32,802 bases of DNA from Spirochaetaceae bacterium (lineage in GTDB: Bacteria > Spirochaetota > Spirochaetia > B11-G9). Both the position numbers and the translations under genes were made by a program. How positions within the stretch are numbered: the first letter of the stretch is position 1; every line of letters begins with the position of its first letter. The DNA lies in NCBI GenBank assembly GCA_030600745.1, contig JAUVLL010000002.1:1-32802 (forward strand). The letters run 5' to 3'. A model generated the notes under the pieces. It was not told where the DNA came from and made no database searches. It saw only the letters and a list, made by a program, of their open reading frames with translations. Below are positions 1-8,124 of the stretch, piece after piece.

Positions 1-2
1 CG

Positions 3-119
3 ATCTGGCAACGTAATTATTATGAACAAATTATACGAAATAAAAGATCCTATTATCAAATATCAGAATATATAAAATCCAATCCTGGCAAATGGCAGAA
101 TGATAAATATCATGAATAA
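3..119 (+). CDS. C-terminal fragment (cut by the window edge) of an IS200/IS605-type Y1 / REP-associated tyrosine transposase-like protein
   Basis: The frame starting at nt 3 reads IWQRNYYEQIIRNKRSYYQISEYIKSNPGKWQNDKYHE, then TAA at 117-119. The WQRNYYEHIIRN...YI..NP.KW tail is the typical C-terminus of COG1943/RAYT-like proteins (recognised from memory). It is open at the left edge, so it is absent from the ORF track. Confidence 0.5.
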   Translation: MWQRNYYEQIIRNKRSYYQISEYIKSNPGKWQNDKYHE

Positions 120-157
120 CATTTCCTTACCCACGCGTTAACGCCCAAAAATATAGT

Positions 158-985
158 TTACTCCCAGTAAAGAAGAACTTTCCCCGACTGTCCGGAGGCC
201 ATTATTTCGAAACCTTTTTCAAACTCATCAATAGGCAGCCTGTGGGTAATTATACGTGTTATATCCAGACCTGAGCGTATCATGGCTGCCATTTTGTACC
301 AGGTCTCGAACATCTCACGTCCATAGATACCCTTAAGGAGAAGACCTTTGAAAATAATATCATTCCAGTTTACCTGGGTTTCTCCTGGGGGAATACCCAG
401 CATTGCAACCCGTCCTCCATTATTCATACAATGAAATAATTGATTCTGGGCAGAAGGATTTCCGGACATCTCCATACCAATATCAAATCCTTCTAGCATA
501 TGAAGCTCACCCATTATTTCTTCCAGATTGTCATTCTTAATATTACCGGCTCTGGTTGCTCCCATTTGTCTGGCAAGGTTAAGGCGGTAATCATTTACAT
601 CTGTAATAATAACATATCTTGCTCCGGCATGCTTTACTACTGCAGCGGCCATTATTCCTATTGGACCTGCTCCGGTAATAAGAACATCTTCTCCTACAGT
701 ATTAAAAGAAAGAGCTGTATGAACAGCATTACCAAATGGATCAAAAATTGCTGCTACTTCATCACCTATTCCAATAACAGTTCCAACAAACTCATGCCCT
801 GTAATCATAGGAACAGGAACAGTTTTCTGAGACCATGCATCCCAATTATAGATATGTACATCAGTACCGCAGATGGCAGTAATTTTTATTTTTATTAGAA
901 GATCATTATGACCATATTCCGGTTCTGGTGCATCTATCATCCAGATTCCAGGTTCTTTTTTAGTTTTTGCCAGTGCTTTCATCAT
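158..985 (-). CDS. tdh: Zn-dependent (MDR-type) L-threonine 3-dehydrogenase with an internal in-frame deletion; probable pseudogene
   Basis: The 275-aa ORF is collinear with E. coli Tdh (341 aa, from memory) at both ends. N-terminal match: [44 protein letters not shown]-terminal match: [35 protein letters not shown] ... [13 protein letters not shown] ... SGQSGKV. GDEV(77) is joined directly to AAIF(78) at nt 752-757, so about 66 residues are missing. Its ATG overlaps the stop of the upstream kbl pseudogene (ATGA at 982-985). Confidence 0.75.
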   Translation of the reverse strand: MMKALAKTKKEPGIWMIDAPEPEYGHNDLLIKIKITAICGTDVHIYNWDAWSQKTVPVPMITGHEFVGTVIGIGDEVAAIFDPFGNAVHTALSFNTVGEDVLITGAGPIGIMAAAVVKHAGARYVIITDVNDYRLNLARQMGATRAGNIKNDNLEEIMGELHMLEGFDIGMEMSGNPSAQNQLFHCMNNGGRVAMLGIPPGETQVNWNDIIFKGLLLKGIYGREMFETWYKMAAMIRSGLDITRIITHRLPIDEFEKGFEIMASGQSGKVLLYWE

Positions 986-2106
986 TTTACTCCATCAATT
1001 ATTTTTAGTGCCTTCTCAAATGCTTCCAGGAGCCTGTCAATATCCTCTATTGTATGTTTAGTAGATATCTATACCCTTATTCGAGCCTTTCCTTTGGGAA
1101 CAACAGGAAATGAGAAAGGAATGACATAGATGCCGTTTTCATAAAGATTTTCTGCAATTTCTACAGCTATATATTCATCATAGAGCATAACAGGGATTAT
1201 TGCTGTATCTCCATTTGGAACATCAAACCCAAGGTCTTTCATTTTTTCCCTGAAATAATCTGATTTCATTTTAAGGTCCAGAGAAAATTTGCCATTACTC
1301 TTTCTTAAAAGAGACAAAGCCTCTATGGAAGCAGCAGCTACTCCAGGAGCAAGGGTATTTGAAAAAAGATAGGGTCGGGATTTCTGCCTTAACATTTCAA
1401 CAATCTCATTTTTTGCACATATGGCCCCCCCTGAGGCTCCCCCCAGGGCTTTACCAAAAGTTGTTGTTATAATATCTACTTTACCCAGCACACCACAGTG
1501 CTCAGCTGATCCTCTACCTGTCTTTCCTATATAACCAGTTGCATGTGAATCATCGACCATGACAAGGGCGTTATATTTTTCTACAAGAGCACATATTTTA
1601 TCTACCGGAGCTATATCACCATCCATTGAAAAAACACCATCTGTGCAGATTATCCTATACCGTGAATCTCTTGTCTCTATAAGCTCTTTTTCAAGATCTT
1701 CCATATCCATATGTTTATAACGAACCCGCTTTGCTTTAGATAGTCGAATTCCATCTATTATAGAGGCGTGATTAAGTTCATCTGAAATAATTGCATCTTC
1801 ACATCCTGTAAAGGACGCTATCTCTTTTTCAAACTGCTTATGTATAGATTGGGTTCCGCATATAAACCTGACAGAAGATAGTCCAAAACCCCATTTCTCA
1901 ATACCATGAGATGCAGCTCTTTTAATTTCTTTTTTATTGGCAAAACCTATCTAGTTATTTGAACAGAAATTAAGTACCTTTTTACCATCTTCTGTCTCAA
2001 TATTACTTCCCTGGGGTGTAGTTAAAACTCTTTCGTTTTTATAGAGTTTCATCTCCTTCAGTTCACTAAGTTTTTCTGTAAGATGATTTATAAAATCACT
2101 ATTCAT
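982..2106 (-). pseudogene. kbl: 2-amino-3-ketobutyrate CoA ligase (glycine C-acetyltransferase) inactivated by two in-frame TAG codons and an in-frame deletion
   Basis: A single frame from ATG 2106 to TGA 982 translates as MNSDFINHLTEKLSELKEMKLYKNERVLTTPQGSNIETEDGKKVLNFCSNN*IGFANKK...VRFICGTQSIHKQFEKEIASFTGCEDAIISDELNHASIIDG...DGVFSMDGD...VDDSHATG...FGKALGG...[29 protein letters not shown]. The TAG codons are at 1951-1953 (the conserved NNYLG Tyr position) and 1069-1071 (the RxQ Gln position). About 23 aa are missing at nt 1798-1803 relative to E. coli Kbl ([32 protein letters not shown]). Confidence 0.8.
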
Positions 2107-2272
2107 AATTTCTCCTTTAATTGAACCTTAGATACTTTGAGTATATAGTATGAAGGAATAAAATGTAGTTAATTTATTAAAAAAATTAGAGGAATCGTAA
2201 AAGTTTCTAATAATTGATACGGGCTGGTCGCAAACAAGTTTGCTGCTCGCCTATGCAACCTTAGGAGTAAAT

Positions 2273-3517
2273 ATGACTTTTTTAGAAAAATACGCAAATG
2301 TAATTCTTACCAGCCTTAATCTTCAGAAAGGACAAAACCTTTTGGTAAGAACAGAACCAGTGCATTGGAAGTTTGCATCCATTATTGCAGCAGAAGCTTA
2401 TAAAAAGGGAGCCAGATATGTAAGGGTTGATTCAAATGAAAAAGAAAATCAATTACTTTATAAGGCAAGAGTTGAGAATTCTCTGGAAGAGTACCTTGAT
2501 TATGTTCCTACTATAAAAACAGAAACATATAAAATAATGGTTGAAGAAGGCTGGGCATTGATATCTTTAAATGGGACAGAAGATCCTGATCTATTATCCA
2601 CCATTGATCCAAATCGAAATACTATAATTGGCAAAGCAATTGCAGAAGCTGGAAAACCTTTTAGAGAGGCCGTGCAAAATCACCGTATTCAATGGATAGT
2701 TGCTTTTGCTCCCACAGAAATCCTCTCTGGCAAAATAATGGATGTACCTCCGTCCCCACAGGCCTTAGACAAATTGTGGGAAGTTCTTACACCAATCCTG
2801 CATCTGGATGATGAAGATCCCTCTGCAACATGGCGTGAAAGAGGATTAACTTTAAAAAAGAGATCTTCTGTTTTAAATAAATTACAGCTTAAGGAAGTAT
2901 ATTTTAAAGGTCCCGGTACAGATTTAAAGGTTGGATTAAGGGGAAAAGCCAGATGGGAAGGCGGCAGTTCTATTTCTGAAAAAGGTATTGAGTTTTCACC
3001 TAATATTCCAACTGAGGAAGTTTTTACAGCACCTGATTTTCGATTGACAGAGGGTCGGGTACAAATTACAAGACCTGTTCTGGTTCCAACTATTGGTAAA
3101 ATAATAGAAGGCGGATGGCTGGAATTCAAGGCAGGTAAAGTTGTGAATTATGGAGCTAATTCAGGTAAAGATGTACTGGACCAGTATCTTGCAATGGATC
3201 CTGCAGCTGCTTATTTAGGTGAGCTGGCTCTGGTTGACAGTAACTCACCAATCTTTAAATCAGGAAAAACCTTCTACAACATTTTGTTTGACGAAAATGC
3301 ATCCTGCCATATAGCCCTGGGGAGTGCATACCCTGATTGCTATGAAGACGGTGGCAGTATGAGTGAGAAAGATTTACTGGATAATGGTATAAATATTTCC
3401 AACCTGCATACAGACTTTATGATTGGTTCCCCGGATGTGGACGTTACTGGTTTAACCTGGGATGGAAGGAAAGTTGATATAATTATAGATGGTGAGTTTG
3501 TTGGGGAGTTTGCCTGA
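2273..3517 (+). CDS. M29-family aminopeptidase (AmpS/PepS/aminopeptidase T-like)
   Basis: The 414-aa product from ATG 2273 has an AGGAG RBS 5 nt upstream; the TTG at 2240 in the ORF track looks spurious. Family hallmarks present: NIPTEEVFTAP, LGELALVD, FDENASCHIALGSAY, NxSxxHTDFMIG. Confidence 0.8.
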   Translation: MTFLEKYANVILTSLNLQKGQNLLVRTEPVHWKFASIIAAEAYKKGARYVRVDSNEKENQLLYKARVENSLEEYLDYVPTIKTETYKIMVEEGWALISLNGTEDPDLLSTIDPNRNTIIGKAIAEAGKPFREAVQNHRIQWIVAFAPTEILSGKIMDVPPSPQALDKLWEVLTPILHLDDEDPSATWRERGLTLKKRSSVLNKLQLKEVYFKGPGTDLKVGLRGKARWEGGSSISEKGIEFSPNIPTEEVFTAPDFRLTEGRVQITRPVLVPTIGKIIEGGWLEFKAGKVVNYGANSGKDVLDQYLAMDPAAAYLGELALVDSNSPIFKSGKTFYNILFDENASCHIALGSAYPDCYEDGGSMSEKDLLDNGINISNLHTDFMIGSPDVDVTGLTWDGRKVDIIIDGEFVGEFA

Positions 3518-3524
3518 GTTTTAT

Positions 3525-4442
3525 CTATACTCTATTTTCTTCTCTTATTGCGTTTGCAAGCTGGTTAAACCTATCAATGGTATGTTTGTAAAACATCTGC
3601 CAACCATCACATAAGGCACTGAGTATGCCCGATTCTGCATTTGGACCTCTCATTTTCTGGCAGTCTCTGTCCATAGTACACTGAGTGTATATCCCTTTTA
3701 CAAGATAGTTCAGTACAGAATCAAAATGACGGATAGAAACTCTTCCTGAATCTTTCCTGTACCACATATCAAAAATTTTACATAGGAATTCTCCCCACTG
3801 TACTCCCGTAATGGAATAATGGGTCAGTTCTCCTTTGTCATCATATTCCACACATGGTATAAACTGTAGAAAATTAAACCCTTTATCCCTGTAGTATTTA
3901 TACAACTCTCCCGGGCTTTTTACATTATCCGAGTTTACAAGACATAAAATATTGAATTCAACCTTTGCCTGCCGGAGGTGTTCAATACCCTGCATGACCT
4001 TATTGTGGGTGGGGTCACCACTGACAGTAAGGCGGTATTTATTATGAAATTCTTTTGGGCCATCCAGGCTAACTCCAAGTAGAAAATTATGCTTTGCAAA
4101 GAAATCTGCCATTGGTTTATCTATCAACGTAGCGTTTGTTTGAAGTGCATTAGTGATTACTGCATTAGGTGGAGCATGTTTTTTTTGAAAATCCACTGCC
4201 TTTTTAAAAAAACCTAAGCCCAAAATAGTAGGCTCACCTCCCTGCCAGGTGAAACTATATTCAGGCATGGGAATTTTCATATAATCTTTAATCATCTTCT
4301 CCAGAATATTATCAGACATAACAGGTTTATCACCAGGTCTCACATAATCAAGGTGATCAATATAGAAACAGTATTCACAACGTAAGTTACATGAAGCAGA
4401 AGCAGGTTTTATCAGTAGTGAAAATGGTTTAACTCTATTCAT
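3525..4442 (-). CDS. Anaerobic sulfatase-maturating enzyme (radical SAM, AtsB/anSME family) lacking the central SPASM / auxiliary-cluster segment; possibly non-functional
   Basis: The N-terminus FSLLIKPASASCNLRCEYCFY carries the CX3CX2C radical-SAM motif, with QGGEPT and FNILCLV following. It is collinear with C. perfringens anSME (370 aa, from memory) up to CTMDRDC. It then jumps directly to QKMRGPNAESGILSALCDGWQMFYKH, the equivalent of C-RRCRD...LNYYCQSYKEFF. No convincing SD lies upstream of the ATG. Confidence 0.7.
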   Translation of the reverse strand: MNRVKPFSLLIKPASASCNLRCEYCFYIDHLDYVRPGDKPVMSDNILEKMIKDYMKIPMPEYSFTWQGGEPTILGLGFFKKAVDFQKKHAPPNAVITNALQTNATLIDKPMADFFAKHNFLLGVSLDGPKEFHNKYRLTVSGDPTHNKVMQGIEHLRQAKVEFNILCLVNSDNVKSPGELYKYYRDKGFNFLQFIPCVEYDDKGELTHYSITGVQWGEFLCKIFDMWYRKDSGRVSIRHFDSVLNYLVKGIYTQCTMDRDCQKMRGPNAESGILSALCDGWQMFYKHTIDRFNQLANAIREENRV

Positions 4443-4540
4443 ATGGATTTATTGTGATAGTATAATTTGACATTGTCAATCTGCTAAATAATTAACGGCG
4501 AGTTTACAAAAGATTTTTCTTAATCCCTGAATACTCAGAT

Positions 4541-4850
4541 TTAATCATTGTTTTCTGAAACCATACGGAAGGCTTCTATAAGAGTATCAGTATCCTCCAT
4601 AGTATGCTCACTGGAAATTTGAACCCTTATTCTTGCCTTCCCCTTTGGGACAACAGAAAATGAAAAAGGAACTACATATATAACCGGTTGCATGAGAGTC
4701 ATCCACCATAACCATTGCATTATATTTCTCTGCCAGATCACAGATTTTATCGAGCGGTGTAATATCACCATCCATAGAAAATACTCCGTCAGTACAGATT
4801 ATCCTGAACCTGGAACTTTCAGCTTCTTTAAGAGCATTTGACTTGTTTCA
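4541..4850 (-). pseudogene. kbl: Second kbl remnant: a mid-gene segment fused out of frame to the C-terminal segment
   Basis: One frame reads [57 protein letters not shown]. After the junction at about nt 4675-4684 a different frame reads [45 protein letters not shown]. The track ORF 4541..4771 is a chimera of these. It is clearly similar to the first kbl pseudogene at both nucleotide and protein level. Confidence 0.65.
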
Positions 4851-5014
4851 AATGTTTTAATACCCATTAACTTTTCATAAACGGACAATGCCATAAGTTT
4901 TCCGTCAATGAGATTTATTACATTTTTGAATTTTGAGTGTATCTTGAACTTACCCTGTGCTTGAAAAGCTGAAACACCGATTGAAATATTTTTATAGCTT
5001 GTGAATAATTTCAT
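4799..5014 (-). CDS. Hypothetical 71-aa ORF, probably a gene fragment
   Basis: This is an ORF-track entry only. It has no RBS, its 3' end overlaps the kbl remnant in another frame, and I recognise no family. Confidence 0.15.
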   Translation of the reverse strand: MKLFTSYKNISIGVSAFQAQGKFKIHSKFKNVINLIDGKLMALSVYEKLMGIKTFETSQMLLKKLKVPGSG

Positions 5015-5076
5015 TTTCTACAACAATATTTATAACACATCTATTTATTTTTTCAAATTTTTTAAAAGATTTTTTT

Positions 5077-5100
5077 AAAATGGGGACGGTTTCCATCCCC
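5077..5100 (-). terminator. Putative intrinsic terminator downstream of the intact kbl
   Basis: On the minus strand GGGGATGG-aaa-CCGTCCCC forms an 8-bp stem with one G-U pair. It is followed by A-TTTT-AAAAAA, directly after the kbl stop at 5108. Confidence 0.45.
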
Positions 5101-5107
5101 AATATTC

Positions 5108-6331
5108 TTATTTTTTGAATTTTCTTAAAACATCAAGTGCGTAATCAATATCAGATTCAGTATGATCACCGGCGATCTGGAATCTGATTTCTTCCGATCC
5201 CTTGGGAACTACAGGGTAGTTAAGTCCTGTGGCAATAATACCATTCTCTGTCAAAAATGCAACTATATCTGATGTTAATTGTGTATCTCTAACCATTAGA
5301 GGAACTACCGGATGTTCACCATCAAGTGTTTCATAACCTGCATCCTTCAAACCCTGTCTGAATTTTACCGTTAATTTTCTCAAGTGTTCAAGTATTTTTA
5401 ATCCTTCCGGACTTTCAATAATATCAATTGCTTTTGATGCTGCCGCTGCTTCTGAAACCGTTATTGGATTTGAGTAGATATACATTGGAGAAGTTTCTCT
5501 GAAATATTTCAATATTGCATCAGCAGAAACAACATATCCTCCGTTCACGCCGAAAGCTTTTCCAAGAGTTCCAATTAGAATATCTACTTTTGCTTTTGTA
5601 TATTCCTCTGTTCCTCTGCCTGTTTTACCGAATGCACCGACACCATGGGAATCATCTACAACAGAAATTATACCTTCTTCAAATTCCGAATCGTATTTAT
5701 TACAGATCTCAACGATCTCATCAAGTGGTGCATTGTCCCCTCTCATTGAAAAGATCCCGTCCGTTATAACAAGTAAGCGTTTTGCTTTTCCAATACTTTC
5801 CTTGATCTTTGTCTCAAGATCCTGCATATCATTGTGTTTATAAACTGCTTTTCCTGCTGGACGAGTAATTTTCATCCCGTTAATGATACAATTATGATTA
5901 AGTTCATCACTAACGATAATGGTCTCTTTTGTTGTAAGTGGTACTATAACGCTCATACTTGTAACATAAGCAGATGAAAAGATCATTCCGGCTTCTTTAT
6001 TATGAAAGTCGGCAAGCTTTTTTTCCAATATGGAATGTATATTATATGTTCCGCTAATAAATCGGACGGCACCCGGTCCTACACCGAATTTTCTTGATGC
6101 ATCTTCTTCAGCCTTGATCATATCATCTCTCAAGGACAATCCAAGATAGGAGTTTGAATTCATTTTTAAAAATTCTTTTTTTCCATTACCTTCAATAAAA
6201 TACCTTGGACCTTTATTCCCTTTTGCTCTGATAATATCGGTTATGATCATCTCATCGCCTTTGCTGACATTTCGATCCTTTAGATCACTTACATAGGATC
6301 TCAATACTTTACTTAATTTTTCACTTGACAT
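5108..6331 (-). CDS. kbl: 2-amino-3-ketobutyrate CoA ligase / glycine C-acetyltransferase (PLP, alpha-oxoamine synthase family), intact
   Basis: The 407-aa product has NSNSYLGL, VRFISGT, SDELNHNCIING, ITDGIFSMRGD, VDDSHGVGAFGKTGRG, GTLGKAFG (PLP lysine) and YPVVPKGSEEIRFQ. A GGAGGA RBS is present. It lies 8 nt downstream of the SDR-type tdh. Confidence 0.85.
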   Translation of the reverse strand: MSSEKLSKVLRSYVSDLKDRNVSKGDEMIITDIIRAKGNKGPRYFIEGNGKKEFLKMNSNSYLGLSLRDDMIKAEEDASRKFGVGPGAVRFISGTYNIHSILEKKLADFHNKEAGMIFSSAYVTSMSVIVPLTTKETIIVSDELNHNCIINGMKITRPAGKAVYKHNDMQDLETKIKESIGKAKRLLVITDGIFSMRGDNAPLDEIVEICNKYDSEFEEGIISVVDDSHGVGAFGKTGRGTEEYTKAKVDILIGTLGKAFGVNGGYVVSADAILKYFRETSPMYIYSNPITVSEAAAASKAIDIIESPEGLKILEHLRKLTVKFRQGLKDAGYETLDGEHPVVPLMVRDTQLTSDIVAFLTENGIIATGLNYPVVPKGSEEIRFQIAGDHTESDIDYALDVLRKFKK

Positions 6332-6339
6332 ATATCCTC

Positions 6340-7311
6340 CTAATATTTGATATTTAATTTTATTGAAAGGTTCTTCAACATATCTTCTGTCATTTCTTCA
6401 ATACCGAAAGCAGGTTTCCAACCCCATTCTTCTGTAGCAGCAGAATCATCCATAGAATTTGGCCATGAATCCGCAATACCCTGTCTAATTGGGTCAACAT
6501 TATAGGAAAGATCAAATTCCGGAATAAACTTTTTGATCTCTTTTACCAATTCTTCCGGTGTAAAGTTCATAGCAGTAACATTGAAAGCATTCCTGTGTAT
6601 TAATTTACCTGGATCTACTTCCATAATATCTATTGCGGCTTTGATGGCATCCGGCATATACATCATATCAAGGCGAGTTTCTTTACTTAAAAAACATTCA
6701 TATTTTTTATTTTTCAATGCTTCATAGTAAATATCAATTGCATAATCCGTCGTTCCACCACCACCGGGAGTAACATAAGAAATTAAACCCGGATATCTCA
6801 CGCCTCTCGTATCAACTCCGTATTTTGTATGATAATAATCACATAACAGTTCTCCCGAAACTTTGGTAACACCATACATTGAAGTAGGTCTCTGTATCGT
6901 ATCTTGCGGGGTTCTGTCCTTTGGAGTTGAAGGACCAAAAGCACCGATGGAGCTTGGTGTAAATACCGAACAATCATATTTTCTTGCTATTTCCAATATA
7001 ACCGCAATACCTTCAACATTAACCCTCCAGGCGAGTTGCGGATTATTTTCCGCTAATGCAGAGAGAATTGCAGCAAGATGATAGATGGTTCCAATATTAT
7101 ATTTTTTGACAATTTTTTCCAACTCATCATAATTTGTAACTTCAATGAATTCAAAAGGGCCTGAATTTAGAAGTTCATCTGATGGTTTCTTCTTATGCCC
7201 AACAGCAACAACCTGATCATTTCCATATCGCTTTCTGAGAGCAATTGTAAGTTCTGATCCTATCTGACCAACGGCACCAGTAACTAATATCTTTTTTTGT
7301 TCCTTAGACAT
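6340..7311 (-). CDS. tdh: NAD-dependent L-threonine 3-dehydrogenase of the SDR / UDP-glucose-4-epimerase-like fold
   Basis: The 323-aa product has ILVTGAVGQIGSEL (Rossmann), PSSIGAFGP, YGVTKV (YxxxK), GGGTTDYA, MMYMPD and DPIRQGIADSWP. It is collinear with eukaryotic / Flavobacterium-type TDH (from memory) and sits in an operon with kbl. Confidence 0.85.
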   Translation of the reverse strand: MSKEQKKILVTGAVGQIGSELTIALRKRYGNDQVVAVGHKKKPSDELLNSGPFEFIEVTNYDELEKIVKKYNIGTIYHLAAILSALAENNPQLAWRVNVEGIAVILEIARKYDCSVFTPSSIGAFGPSTPKDRTPQDTIQRPTSMYGVTKVSGELLCDYYHTKYGVDTRGVRYPGLISYVTPGGGGTTDYAIDIYYEALKNKKYECFLSKETRLDMMYMPDAIKAAIDIMEVDPGKLIHRNAFNVTAMNFTPEELVKEIKKFIPEFDLSYNVDPIRQGIADSWPNSMDDSAATEEWGWKPAFGIEEMTEDMLKNLSIKLNIKY

Positions 7312-7416
7312 CTTTTGTCCTCCTATAATTTAATGTAAAGGGATAACTCTTCACCAAAATTCACTTTCCTATATCCCATGCAAGAAGAATTTTCATCTCC
7401 CCTCCAAAATAAAAAC

Positions 7417-7445
7417 TTGATAAGACAGCCCTAATACACTATAAT
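7417..7445 (+). promoter_or_regulatory. Sigma70-like promoter for the XRE-cupin regulator
   Basis: TTGATA (7417-7422), 17-nt spacer, TATAAT (7440-7445). Confidence 0.4.
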
Positions 7446-7476
7446 GAATATTAGTTTGATATACCGCCCATAATTC

Positions 7477-7506
7477 AGTATAGTAGCTATAAGTTCACTA
7501 TGTCAA
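7477..7506 (-). promoter_or_regulatory. Sigma70-like promoter for the tdh-kbl operon
   Basis: On the minus strand: TTGACA (7506-7501), 18-nt spacer, TATACT (7482-7477). It would give a 5' leader of about 160 nt. Confidence 0.4.
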
Positions 7507-7542
7507 ACCTTTTATCAATAATCTTCTACAAGAAGGAAATAT

Positions 7543-8124
7543 ATGACAGAAAAAAAACTGCTTCCGATCGGGGATACAATAAGGGAAATAAGAAAAAACA
7601 ATCAGATGACGCTGAGAGTACTGGCTGAAAAAAGCGGAGTATCAAAAGCAATGCTTTCCCAGATTGAATCTGACAAGGTAAATCCGACTATTGCTACTGT
7701 ATGGAAGATTTCAACAGGACTTGGAGTTGATATCAATGAACTTACGAGAGTTGTCTCTGTCAAAAAGAGAAGTTTCACTCTTACACAAAAGAATGATAGA
7801 ACAACATTTAACTGTGACGAGGAAGGAGTACATATAAATATCCTTACTCCGATTGATTTGATTGAAGACCTTGAAATGTATCTGATTACATTCCAGAAAG
7901 GAAGTAAACTTAGTTCAAAACCCCATTTCCCGCGGACTGAAGAGTTTCTTACACTCCTTGACGGAGAGATAACAGTTACTGCCGGAAATAATGTTACCGT
8001 AATGCATAAAGATGATTTTCTGACCTATCACAGCGATATAGAGCACTCTATTGAGAATACCGGAGAGAATAATGCTGTAGTACACATGGTTGTCCGGTAC
8101 AAAAAAAAGATGACTAAACATTAA
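7543..8124 (+). CDS. XRE-family HTH + C-terminal cupin transcriptional regulator (PuuR-like architecture)
   Basis: The N-terminal HTH reads IREIRKNNQMTLRVLAEKSGVSKAMLSQIESDKVNPTIATVWKISTGLGV. The C-terminal cupin reads EEFLTLLDGEITV...HSIENTG. An AAGGAA RBS is present. Confidence 0.8.
   Translation: MTEKKLLPIGDTIREIRKNNQMTLRVLAEKSGVSKAMLSQIESDKVNPTIATVWKISTGLGVDINELTRVVSVKKRSFTLTQKNDRTTFNCDEEGVHINILTPIDLIEDLEMYLITFQKGSKLSSKPHFPRTEEFLTLLDGEITVTAGNNVTVMHKDDFLTYHSDIEHSIENTGENNAVVHMVVRYKKKMTKH

Noticed and set aside
1069-1953. Both in-frame stops in the first kbl copy are TAG, and an MttB-family gene lies 7 kb away. Could this be pyrrolysine (amber) decoding?
   Set aside because: The MttB homologue itself has no amber codon, so it is the non-Pyl type. 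No pylTSBCD-like genes or tRNA are visible. TAG is used as an ordinary stop in this window (the kamA-like gene, the SDR tdh and the second permease). The two positions are an invariant Tyr and Gln, each one point mutation away from TAG. The same gene also carries a ~23-aa deletion. Plain nonsense mutations are the better explanation.
4541-4771. A 76-aa ORF that might be a small stand-alone protein.
   Set aside because: Its C-terminal half is the kbl C-terminus. Its N-terminal half is an out-of-frame reading of kbl mid-gene sequence. It is a deletion chimera, not a gene.
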